Shown in pieces: positions 24,136 to 37,100 of a DNA stretch of 64,000 nucleotides; within the stretch, counting starts at the first letter, position 1, and each line of letters starts with the position of its first letter. Source of the stretch: Bugula neritina (Eukaryota > Animalia > Bryozoa). Location of the stretch: the NCBI GenBank assembly GCA_964035545.1, contig OZ037767.1, positions 16,610,581 through 16,674,580 on the forward strand, read 5' to 3'. Position numbers and translations under genes: made by a program. A model generated the notes under the pieces. The model made no database searches. It saw nothing but the letters and a program-made list of their open reading frames with translations, and was not told where the DNA came from.

Positions 24136-25139
24136 GAACTGAGTCTACACAGCAACCAATCAAAACCTAGCTATAACTTTCTATATGAGAAACATCAGTG
24201 TCCAGTGACATGCTTAGAGTAGAGTGACCATTGCACGTCACTCTAAAGTCTAAAGTTTAAAAAATATTCTTATATAGCTTACTATCTTATTGTATGTTAT
24301 GATAATGATATATTGTACTGTAATATTCTAATATGATTTATTTCATTATATCTTGCTGGAATATTATATAATATTATTATACTATTTTATACTGTAGTAA
24401 GAATTATATACATATATTTGACGGATACTGAATGAAGTAGACTGTGTTAGTTTATATTTTAGTTCAGTGAGATACTTTGGCTTGTGATCATCAATGAGAA
24501 AGTGGTACTATAAGTTCTATATTGAACACTAATGTCTGCTTTGTTAGTTACTGTTATATAATCACATCTCAACTTATCTGACAGCTGCATATGGTGGGAA
24601 TGTGAAAGAGAGCACCTGCTTTCCCTGTCATTCTGATATATTCCCATTTACTACAATGACTCACCATTATATCAGCCAATCATATAAGTTTATCATAGAT
24701 TGTTATTAAATTCCCAAAGTAGCTGTCAGTTTGAGATTCCCAAAGTAGCTGTCAGTGTAATTACTATAATACTAAAATTTGTGGATTGTTGTAACTTAAT
24801 TGAATAATTCTTCTGCTTTTGTATTATTAAAATCTATCACCCACAATGAACTGTATTTTGACATAAAGTATTGTCAAAATGAGAAATAAAACACTTTTTC
24901 AAACTTGAAATACTCAGAATAAATATTTTTGTATGCAAATGACAATCAGAAACACAGAACACTGATTTATTGGTCAGTATTCAGTTGTTTGTGCAGAAAT
25001 ATCAAATAGTATGTACAACAAGTTAAAAAAGTGTCAAAGTGGAGCAGCTGATACTATCTTTTCATAGTATAAATTATATGTTGTTTCCTCGTCGTCATGG
25101 TTACAACTCTATGTTATATTTATGAATCGTAAAAGGAAT

Positions 25140-25281
25140 TGGATAGTAGAAGGGGTACTATAATAGGTGCTAAGGGGGTGGTAGAGATTAAGAGTGATGG
25201 AGGTAGCAGAGGATGGAAGGGGATGCTAGGGGATAGAATGAGGTGGTAAGGGATGGAAAGATGTGGTAAAGAGATAAGTGG
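25140..25281. repeat. Degenerate purine/G-rich tandem tract; homolog at ~40478-40620
   Basis: Repeating GGTGGTAG/GGGATGGA-like units in otherwise very AT-rich DNA. Confidence 0.6.
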
Positions 25282-26255
25282 CTACTATAATATATAAATA
25301 TGCAGAATTATAAATAATGTTTACGCAAACTAGACCCTATCCTTATAAGTCATGATCCAAATAAATACAGTATACAGTATAACTAACTTGTTCTATAGTT
25401 AGTAGATCAGAATAAATTATTATATAATTCAGTGAAGAATTACTTGAAAAATAGCATTTCTAATTCAAGTAGTAAGATCAGAAGAATGCTAAATTACAAA
25501 TGATTATATTATTGTATTAGTATTGTCTATAGTTGTATATATGTAACTGTTTCAAATAATTATAATAATACTATATAGTCTGTTAATTCCATCATGTACT
25601 GAGCCTTATTTAAATATTCAGTTAGAGTTGTATTGCTTGTATGAGAAACTTTACATTTCTATTTATATACATAATAAGATAGACAGTATATATATAATAA
25701 CTTCTACAGATATGAAAAATGTTAAATATATTTAATAAAAAATTGATTAAACTATTTAATATAACTATGATACATTATTAAAGTTCCCAGCAAAATTAGC
25801 CATGTTATCTATATATCTGTGTAGATCTGTAATTCCAATACTCAAAGGTTATCATTATATTATTTTCTCTGATGAGTTCCTTTTCAAAGTTATGAAATGT
25901 CACATTAACTGGGAGTGTATTTCAAATTATAGAAAGAGTGAACTTCGATTTGAGTAAACCTTTAAAATAATTTAACTAGACTTTTATTAAAATAAAAGAG
26001 CGGATTGAGTTTTAGAGACTAATAAATGGGGGTTCCATTATATAATTATTATAATCTATATCATATCAATTATAAAACATATTATTATTCTAAAACTCGC
26101 TAAAGTTTTACTATTATTTTTCTTCAACAAAGTGCATTGTTTGCATTATGATACATCGACATACTTTTTGGAACAAAATAAAACTATTATCTCCCCCTCC
26201 CCGTTCTATCCATGTGTTGATATTATATAGTGTTGTATTGCTTCAGTTTAACATA

Positions 26256-26328
26256 TATAAACCAAAAGACTCAGTAATTACATCCATCAGTTACTCTCAC
26301 TTTCATCAGAGTGTACAACTTGAACATG
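26256..26328 (+). promoter_or_regulatory. Putative core promoter and short first exon of copy 4 (TATA + Inr + ATG|GT); equivalents precede copies 2, 3, 5, 6, 7, 8
   Basis: TATAAA at 26256-26261, TCAGTT initiator-like motif ~31 nt downstream (26287-26292), then ATG|gtaagt. Similar TATA-to-ATG spacing upstream of the other copies. Confidence 0.6.
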
Positions 26329-29300
26329 GTAAGTTCCCTGTATATTCTAGTGTATTCCAACTATTTTATTCATATACTACTTATTTTCATTAATGCAAAC
26401 AAATATAACAATTTGTTTCAAATTTATTGAATAGGGAACTTTTTTTACAAAACATAGCAATAATAATTTAACAGATTTGTATCAATACTATAAAATTGAT
26501 AATTCATAAAAACTTTATGAAATATGAATTTAATTTCTGTAATAATTTTTTAGTTACAATTTTTGTTCATCAAATTCAACATCTTACAGAACTTCATATT
26601 ATAGTTTATAAAGATTGAATGTTTTACACCATTGGTTTGACTTTTAGAATACAGCAAGTACCATAATAAAGGCGTTAAAAAACAAAACAAAAACAAAAAA
26701 TTAATCATTATGTAAAAAAGCTAGTAAAATACTTGAACTATAATTTTATATGAAATATAATAGTGACTAAACATAATAAAGAGCAATTGTAATTATAGTT
26801 TTGCATTTTGCAGTATAGTAATAAAAATGTAGCATAAATATAATTATTTGAAATTAAAATTTTTCCAAAGTGTATAATAAATTAGGTGTAGGGCCGCACG
26901 ATGCGTTTTACATGTTCGTGACGTGCGAGAAAACCCGTTTAGCCCATAAATGGGACGCCGTGAGCGGGATTTTTAAGCGTCTAACATTCTGAGCAAGAAA
27001 AACGGCAAGCTCGTGCGTGTTTAATCTAATTGGCTTATTATCATTTAGGGAGCACAATTTATTTATTTCAATTTATGTTTTAGCTTTTAGCGAACTAAAT
27101 TAAAACAGTTTCATATAATTTGCATTTCTGCTTTTATAATATCAAAGTCACTTTGCAGATGACGTAATTTTAAAAACAATAACGTCTGTACGCGAGCAGT
27201 AAAGTTTAACGCTAACATCATTGGTTAATAAATTTTTGCACTCGCAACACACGCAATGTGTGTGGCAGGTCAGTAGCCTGTATTCCTGCACGTCACGAAC
27301 GTGTAAAAACGGTCGTGTGGCCCTACGCTAACAATTAGACAAAGATGAAATTTATTAAACAAGTCTTGTTTACACTGATGTTATGTAAACTAATTGAAAT
27401 CATTTCTGTTTCATGAATTTTTAATTTATGTTTATAAGAATTTCCACACCAGCATGCAGTTAAATGATTGCAAATCTCAACATCTATTTCTTTGCTGCAT
27501 TCATGTTCTCGAACAGTAAATTAGATCAATATATGAGTACACAGGCTAGTTCTACTCCACAACTAGTAAAATACTAACTGGCCATATGATATCTCACAGA
27601 CTATATCTTAAACCCTAAGACTATGCATGTCATTGTAATCATTGCAATAAATTCTGACATTTAAAATGAATTTCTGTCAAATCTAAATAGTCAACACAAC
27701 TTTTTATAATATTAAATAGAATTGTTTGTTCAATAAGAGACAACCTCTATAAAGCTCATTGAAATAGTATTATTTATCTTGTTTGGGGTTAAATTTAGGT
27801 GTCTACGTAGTTAATGAATTGTTTATGTTGTTATGTTAAGAAGATAGATTGCAATTATATTAAAATTATATACCATAAACTATTTTAAACTTTATAATTT
27901 TCCTTATAATATATTGTGTAATAGTAGACAACCACAATATTTCAAATAAAATTATCATAGCATCAGTACAAGTATTAATGTAATTAGCTTACAGAGTATT
28001 AGAGTATATTATGTAATTACAGCAACTCATTTTATATTCATACAAACTTTGTTGAAGGAAACAGAAAAGAGGAGTTCAAGGACATCAGAGACACACAGAG
28101 GTGTTCACGGAATATCTTTGGTATTCTGTATTATAAATCTTCTCCTGTGGGTTTGCTTACTGTTCTACGGTGTATTTGAAGTATCAAACTTGTACAGAGA
28201 AGTTGATAGTCTTACAGCTGCTAGTAGAGAGAAACCGTCTGCTGCTACCTTGACACAAACTAAACAGGAAGTAGAAGAGAAACTCATAGTGAGGCTCACA
28301 GAAGAGATAAGAAACATACGGAGAGAGAGTGAAAGAGAAAGAAACAGTATTAAAGAAGAAAACAAAGAGATAAAGGAAAAGTTGCTCTCACTAGAAACAC
28401 AGTATGATAACTTCAAGAGATTCTGGAAGGAGATGGTAGAGAAAGTAGGTAGTCATTCGTTTACTTATTCACATGAAACAAGCATAGCTGACATCTTCTT
28501 GGTATATGATAGAATAATTTTACTTTAGGTTGTCTCCCATGAGAATAAAAGTGAAGTGAGAGTTGAAAGACCAGAAGTAACTACAAGCTCTGTGTTTATT
28601 ATGACTAACACCTCGACTGAGAATCACAGTACTGACTCAGGGAGTGGTGAATCTCCATTTCTGATTGGTGGAGAGGTGGGATATAGCTTACGGTGAAAAG
28701 CAGTAATGATAAATATATATTTTACTTACCTGAAATTGCAATTACAGAGTAATCTATTCCATTGGTTGCAGGTGCTGTTTCATGAGAATAGAGAGGGAAA
28801 TGAGTGGATAACTCCAGTCAGTACTTCTGACTCAATTACATCTGAACCAACTAGTATAGCAGAGCTGGGTAGTGGTGAAACTGAGTTGCATTTAACCGAT
28901 GAGAGCGTTCCATACACATACACACAAAGTTCAGCTAATAGCAACAGCTCTAAGACAGAAGAAGGGGACCCCACAGTTCTCCTCCCCACTTCTTTTAAAA
29001 ATATAGAAAGTTCTTTGGGCTATGATGACACAGAGCTGCCTTTACCTGAGCAAATTGTTGAACTTTTAGGTAAATTGTATAATATTCATGTAATATTGTA
29101 CATTAATACAAATAAGCAAGTTTATGTTGCTTTATTCAAGATATGCGTTATTTATTGTTTTATTCTGTTTTATAGCTTGTAGACAAGGACCAAAAGGTGA
29201 AAAAGGGGTTACTGGAAAAGATGGTCATCCAGGTATTGACGGTGCAACCGGGGAGAAAGGAGAACCCGGCATTATGGGAGAGAAAGGAATGTCAGGAGAA

Positions 29301-32044
29301 AAAGGAGAAAGTGGACTTCCTGGTGTTGATGGCAGAATTGGTAGTAAAGGAGAACCTGGTAATAATGGTGAAGTTGGGGTGTCTGTAACAAAGGGTGAAA
29401 AGGGAATATCTGGAAATCATGGAGAAAAAGGAGCTCCTGGTAGAAACGGAGCCGATGGAGAAAAAGGAGTTCAGGGTTTGAAAGGTGATAAAGGTTTGCC
29501 TGGAAAGAATGGACTGCCTGGTGTAGATGGCATAGCTGGTGAAAAAGGAGAACCTGGTAGTTTTGGCTCAGCCGGCACACCAGGACCAAAAGGCGATAAA
29601 GGAATGTCTGGAGAAAATGGAAGAAATGGAGCACCTGGTAACACTGGTGCTAAAGGAGATCCAGGTGAACCTGGAGCTCAGGGAGACAAGGGAATGATTG
29701 GTCAAAAGGGATCAAAAGGACTACAAGGACAGACTGGAGTAAGAGGAGTGGCTGGTTTGAAGGGAGATTCTGGTAGAACTGGTATTCCAGGAGTCAAAGG
29801 TGAAAAAGGTGAATATTGTATTACACAGTATATATATTATATTGTTTAATATGTCGTATTACATATAGTAGAATATATTACTATCATCAGCTTGGCATGT
29901 GAGTTTACATTCAAACTGTTCCTTAAATTCCAACTAATTGAAATCGCTAATCTTCAAGTGTAAAAATCAAGTCCTTGCTTAGTATACGTTTGATTAGAGA
30001 ATTAGGGGTTTTTTTAGTACTTATATGGTATAGAATTTTTGCACTTCTCACAGAATATTCTTAACCACTCATGTTTTTAGGAAAGTATAAATCATTGTTA
30101 GAATGCTTTTCTTGCAGGTGGCAGGGGAATAATAGGTTTGACTGGTGCTAAGGGAGTTCAGGGTGTCAGTGGAAGAAAAGGAGATAGAGGACCACCAGGT
30201 GCTACAGGAGCTTCTGGAAGTGTTGGCAGACCAGGTTTGAAAGGAACAGCTGGAATTAATGGCATAACTGGTGCAAAAGGTGCAAAAGGTGCTTCTGGTA
30301 GACCCGGTGCCAAAGGTGCCACAGGTACTTCCGGTGTTAAAGGTGCAAGGGGAGTTCCTGGACTCAAAGGAGCACCAGGTATAAACATTATGCATGTGGG
30401 TCACCATGAGGTTCCATATTCAAAGTCATATTTTAGTAACAGCCTAATTTGATATTGAAACACTCTTTCCCTCACATGTATTGCAATGTTAGAAATTTTC
30501 ATGCACACTGTTTATTGTAGGAGAGGATTGTCCAGTTGAAGATATTTTAGAAGTGATTTTTGGTGGTAAGTGTTTATCTATAAATTTTGTTCATTAATAA
30601 TTGGTAGTCTTGTTCGGTGAACACACTATGCTGGTTGAAATCAATAGTTTATAAACTGATGGAAACTTAAATTTGATTGGCTAGTAACCTGTAATGACAT
30701 GGAACTTGTAAATGTGAAATGAAGGTATGGTATAGCTGTGTGGAATGATTAGTTATATTGAAGTTGCAATTTTGAAATTGCTGAGTTTAAAAGCCTTTGT
30801 CATGATCATTTTTAAAATTTTGAGCTGTAAGTGTGACTTTATTGGCACTTATAAACAATTGAATATCTTATTACTGTATTGGTTCAGTTTTATACCAATT
30901 ACACTCACAAGATTCACCAGGTTAATCGTTTTTCAGGAAAAGTTTTTAAAGTTGGCAGCACTTATTATAATTACCATAAAACTCCTAAGAAAAATTGGCA
31001 AGATGCCAAAAACTTCTGCACACAGAGAGCAGGTGGAAAACTCGCACAGTTACCAACTTCAAGTACAGAACGCCAAAGTTTGCGGAACAAGCTGGAATCT
31101 GTTGCAGGTGTGTACAAATCATAGAACCACATATACTTTACTAAGTCTAGCAACCTACAGTTGAGTCTCACTACTTTGATTATCTAATAAACACTATAGA
31201 AGCTCAGTTTCTATAATTCAGTATATTACTTTTCAGTACAGAGTGGATGGTACTGTTGATGTAGCATTATATCTCTAACACTCAGATTTTTTATGCAATG
31301 AAATACATACGCATACATACATACATAATATTTTATGATAATGAAGGTAGAAAAGCAATATATACGTAGATCAAAACACAAGTAAAGCAAAGAAAATAAA
31401 TTGAGTATAGCTGAGTTATCTATAGCTAACCTATTTTAAAAGATAAAATGGTTTGGCTTTGCTCTAGGTTAGACATTGCTTCAGTTTAATACCTTTCATA
31501 ATTCTACAGCATTGCGTTTCTATATATATTACTACATATACTGAAAGTTTGTTGTCAATTACAGGCTATAATTATAATCTTTGGGATTATGATCGTGTTT
31601 GGGTTGGAGCAAGTAGAGTTTATGGCACTTTTAAATGGAATGATGGTAGTTCTATCTCTGACTCTCTCTGGTTTTCTGGACAGCCAAATAATTATGGTAA
31701 GGTTTTCTCTGTACATTACTTTGTTTATAACAAATATAGATTAGACAGTCTGAGAACGTAAAGAAAGTTATCTTGCCTTGTTACTGCACCAGATAAACCT
31801 GTCATAATTATATATAAGAAACCATCATAATATAGCATAGAGTACAATCTGCTACAAAAAATCAGTCAACTTTTTCTTGCTGAATCACTGAAGCTCTTAG
31901 TAAACTATTGCCCAATAATAAAAGATGTCCTTTGCTGTTCTAGGAGGCCAACAGAACTGTGCTGAATTGGCGCTCAACCATGGAAAACTCAATGATCGTA
32001 GATGTGATGTTCTTCGGCCATTTCTCTGTCAAATATCTAGTTAG
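26326..32044 (+). CDS. Copy 4: type II TM collagenous C-type lectin, ~725 aa, apparently intact
   Basis: Exons 26326-26328, 28058-28444, 28529-28675, 28772-29069, 29176-29808, 30118-30378, 30521-30565, 30937-31107, 31565-31696, 31944-32044. Total 2178 nt, in frame, all GT-AG. CTLD motifs QPN / LND. Confidence 0.87.
26885..27328. mobile_element. MITE (~445 bp) with ~40-bp imperfect TIRs and TA target duplication in intron 1 of copy 4
   Basis: GTAGGGCCGCACGATGCGTTTTACATGTTCGTGACGTGC ... GCACGTCACGAACGTGTAAAAACGGTCGTGTGGCCCTAC. Empty site ATTAACAA at ~18421 (copy 3). Confidence 0.88.
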
Positions 32045-34198
32045 GAAGTGAGTCTACACATCAACCAATCAGCATCCAGTGACAAGCTTAGAGTAGAGTG
32101 AATTTGTTGTACTCTAGAAATATTTGTTATAGACTACATCATACTGTAATATGATATTATCATACTATATCTTACAGTAATATGATAGGATTATATACTA
32201 TGTTATACTGCACTATGATTCCTATACATATATACCTGACAAATATACAATCTACATTGAATAAAATAGACTGTGCTAGTTTATAATATTTCATCTTAAT
32301 GAGGTGCTTTAGCTGCTGTTTTATAAGTATTATTATACATAGTTACAATTATTGAATACAATAACATGTATATCTAGTAAATAACATTTAAAAAATACTT
32401 AACTTGCAGCATTATATAATTATCTGTAAATTGCCAAATCAATGAAAAGTTTATTGAAATAGAAATTAAAGTGTTCTATTTTATCAACTATATAACACTC
32501 TGAAATATATATAAAAAAAACATATAATAATTCTACAAGTTTTTAATAGCATAACAAATTGTATATTTTCATCAATGAGAAAGTGGTACTATATAAGTTC
32601 TATATTGAATATTAATGTCTGGTTTTTGAGTTACTGTTATATAATCACATCTCAACTTATCTGACAGCTGCATATGGTGGGAATGTGAAAGAGAGCACCT
32701 GCTTCCCCTGTCATTCTGATATATTCCCATTTACTACAATGACTCATCATTATATCAGCCAATCATATAAGTTTATTACATAGATTGTTATTAAACTCCC
32801 AAAGTACTCTGTCAATTCGAAATTCCCAAATATATAATACAGTTTAATTATTGTAACACTGAGATTTATATGGGTTGTAATAACTTAATTGAATAACTCA
32901 TCCGCTTTTGAGTTATTAAAATCTATTACAACTTATAGATTAAATTCTATTTACAATATTGCCAGGATTAAAACTAAAACACAATTTTTGTTCAAACACT
33001 TGTTTCCGGACCTTGAATACTCAAAATAAATAGCTTTGAATACGAACGGAATCTGGAATCCTCCATTACTAACAAAACAAAAGCCTCCAATAAAAAGACC
33101 AAAGGCAAGGATAACATTGGAGTTGACTAATCACGATGGAAGTAGAATTTGACTAGTACAGGAAATTAAGACTGTAATTTCCTCTCAAATGGGGAGTTGT
33201 CCCAAATTCTACTTTATAAACTGTATATATATCTCTCTTTTGTTATTTAGCTTAGGCTCATAATTAGTATGGCACACAATTCTATGCAGGTATTATTGCG
33301 CAATAGTTGTCTACATTCTAGTCACTTTTTATTGGCTAATGAATAGTGCCTATTCTGCACGAGTCATGCACAGTGTCGAATGTGGTAGTATTTTCTAGAC
33401 TTTACAATTTAGTATAAAAGCAGATGCTTTACTTGTAAAAGTAAGTTCATTTTCATAAGTTCATCTGTGCATATCTTGCTGGAGAAATAAAGCCTACTTA
33501 TATTTATAACTCTATTTACTCTCAACTGGATTGGCAAGCTGTATGCTACTTGTCTATGCACTTTTGACTACCAGACTTTTCGAACTCATCACACTGCTAC
33601 CAACAGTTTTGTGACAATAACTAATGTTTACAGAAACTAAATCTAAATATATAAAGTTCCCAGCAAACTTAGCCATGTTATCTACACATCTGTGTAGATC
33701 TGTAATTCCAATACTCAAAGGTTATCAATATATTATTTTCTCTGATGAGTTCCTTTTCAAAATTATAGAATGTCACATTAACTGGGAGTGTATTTCAAAT
33801 TATAGAACGAGTGAACTTTGGTTTGAGTAAACCTTTAAAACAATTTTACACGACTTTTACAAAAATAAAAGAGTGGATTAAGTTTTAGAGACTAATAATT
33901 GGGGGTTGCATTATATAATTATTATAATCTATCATATCAATTATAAAACATATTATTCTAAAACTCGCAAAAGTTTTACTATTATTTTCCTTCAACAAAG
34001 TGCATTGTTTGCATTATGATACATCGACATACTTTTTAGAACAAAATAAAATTATTATCTCCCCCCCCCCCCCCCCCCGTTCTATCCATGTGTTTATATT
34101 ATATGATGTTGTATTGCTTCAGTTCAACATATAAAACAGAAGACTCACTTACATCTATAACAGTTTCTCTCACTTTCATCAGAGTGTACAACTTGAGT

Positions 34199-37100
34199 AT
34201 GGTAAGTTCCCTGTATATTCTAGTGTATTCCAACTATATTTTATTTATATACTATTTATTTTCATTAATGCAAACAAATATAACAATTTATTTCAAATCT
34301 ATCAAATAGGGAACTTTTTTACAAAACATAGCAATAATAATTTAACAAATTTGTATCAATGCTAAAAAATTGTTAATTCATAAAAACTTTATGAAATATG
34401 AATTAAATTTTTGTAATAATTTTTAAGTTACAACTTTTGTTCATCAAATTCAACATCTTACAGAACTTCATATTATAGTTTATAAAGATTAAATGTTTTA
34501 CACCATTGGTTTGACTTTTTAATATTTTAGAATACAGCAATTACCATAATAAAGGCGTTTAAAAAACCCAAAACTAAAAACAGAAAATTGATTATTGATT
34601 ATTATGTGAAAAAGCAAGTAAAATACTGAACAATAATTTTATACGAAATATAGTAGTGACTAAATAATATAGTAAAGAGCAACCGTAATTATAGTTTTGC
34701 ATTTTGAATTACTGATGAAAATGCAGCATAAATATAATTATTTGCAGTTACGTTTTTCTAAAGTGTATAATAGAATAACAATTTGACAAAGATGAAATTT
34801 ATTAAACAAATGTTGCTTACACTGATGTTATGAGAACTAATTAAAATCATTTCTTTTTTGTGAAAATTTTAATTTATGTTTATAAGAATTTCAACACCAT
34901 TATGCAGGTAAATGATTGCAAATCTCATCATTTATTTCTTTGCTGCATTCATGTTCTCGAACAGTAAATTAGATCAATATATTAGCTACTTGTTGGCCAT
35001 AATATCTTACATACTATATCCTAAACCCTTAGGCTATGCATATCATTATAATCATTTCAATAAATTCTGGCATTTAAAATGAATTTCTGTCAAATCTAAA
35101 TAGTCAACACAACTTTTTTATAATATTAAATGGAACTGTTTGTTCAATAAGAAACAACCTCTATATAAAGATCATTGAAATAATATTACATATCTTGTTT
35201 GGGGTTAAATTTAGATGTCTACATAGTTAATAAATTGTTTATGTTGTTATGTTAAGAATAGACAGATTGCAATTATATTAAAATTATATACCATAAACTT
35301 TTTAGAACTTTATAATTTTCTTTATAATGTATTGTGTAACCGTAGACAACCACAATATTTCAAATAAAATTATCATAGCATTAGTACAAGTATTAATGTA
35401 ATTAGCTTAAGGTATTAGAGTATATTATGTATAATTACAGCAATTCATTTTATATTTCATACAAACTTGGTTGAAGGAAGAAGAAAAGAAGAGTTCAAGG
35501 ACATCAGAGACACACAGAGATGTTCACAGAATATCTTTGGTGTTCTGTATTATAAATCTTCTCTTGTGGTTTTGCTTACTACTCTACGGTGTATTTGAAG
35601 TGTCAAACTTGTACAGAAAAGTTGATAGTCTCACAGCTGCTACTAGAGAGAAACCATCTGCTGCGATCTTGACCCAAACTAAACAGGAAGTAGAAGAGAA
35701 ACTCATAGTGAGGCTCACAGATGAGATCAGAAGTGTAAGAAGAGAGAGTAAAAGAGAAAGAAAGAGTATAGAAGAAGAAAACAAAGAGTTGAAGGAAAAG
35801 TTGCTCTCACTAGAAACACAATATGATAACTTCAAGAGATTCTGGAAGGAGATGGTAGAGAAAGTAGGTAGTTATTAGTTTACTTATTCACATGAAACAA
35901 ACGTAGTCCCAGTTCTTGGTATATAATAGAATAATTTTACTGTAGGTTGTCTCCCATGAGAATAAAAGTGAAGTGAGAGTAGAGGGACCAGAAGTAACTA
36001 CAAGTTCTGTGTTTGTTATGACTAACACCTCGACTGGGAGTGAAAGTACTGACTCAGGGAGTGGCGAATCTCCATTTCTGATTGGTGGAGAGGTGGGATA
36101 TAGTATATTGTGTAATGCAGTAATGATAAATATATATTTTACTCACCACGAACTGCCATCACAGAGTAATCTATTCCATTGCTTGCAGGTGCTATTTTAT
36201 GGGAATAGAGAAAGCAATGAGTGGATAACTCCAGACAATATTTCTGACTCAACTACATCTGAACAAGCTAGTACAGCAGAGCTGGGTAGTGGTGAAACTG
36301 AGCTGCATTTAACCAATGAGAGTGTTCGATACACATACACACAAAGTTCAGCCAATAAAACCAAGTCTAAGACAGTGGAAGGAGACCCAACAGTTCTACT
36401 TCACACTTCATTCAAGAAGATGACGAGTTTTTTGGGCTATGATGACACAGAGCTGCCTTTACCTGAGCAGATTGTTGAACTTCTAGGTGAATTATATATA
36501 ATATGAAATCAGTATGTTCTTGTTATTTTACTCGCATCATTCATTATTTTATTCGATCTGTTTTATAGCTTGCAGACAAGGACCAAAAGGTGAAAAAGGA
36601 GTTACTGGAAAAGATGGAAATCCTGGTTTTAACGGTTTCACAGGAGAGAAAGGAGAAGCTGGCATTATTGGAGAAAAAGAATGTCAGGAGAAAAAGGAGA
36701 AAGTGGACTCCCTGGTGTTGATGGCAGAATTGGTAGTAAAGGAGAACCTGGTAATAATGGAGAAGTTGGTGTGCCTGGAGCAAAGGGTGAAAAGGGAATC
36801 TCTGGAAATCATGGAGAAAAAGGAGCTCCTGGTAGAAACGGAGCCGATGGAGAAAAAAGAGTTCAGGGTTTGAAAGGTGATAAAGGTTTGCCTGGAAGGA
36901 ATGGCCTGCCTGGTGTAGATGGCATAGCTGGTGATAAAGGAGAACCTGGTATTACTGGCTCAGCAGGCATACCAGGATCAAAGGGTGATAGAGGGATGCC
37001 CGGAGAAAATGGAAGAAATGGAGCACCTGGTAACACTGGTGCTAAAGGAGAGCCATGCAGGTCAACCTGGAGCCCAGGGAAACAAGGGAACGATTGGTCA

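Noticed and set aside
28310-28345. Furin shedding site in the coiled coil (RNIRR / RSVRR)
   Set aside because: Only a minimal RxxR, not R-x-K/R-R, and absent in copies 2 and 7; insufficient support.
36679-37060. Compensating frameshifts (-1 and +4) restoring the frame in copy 5
   Set aside because: The shifted frame hits a stop at 36871-36873 before the second indel. The -1 lies in an A-run and merits a read check, but the 4-nt insertion would still disrupt the frame.
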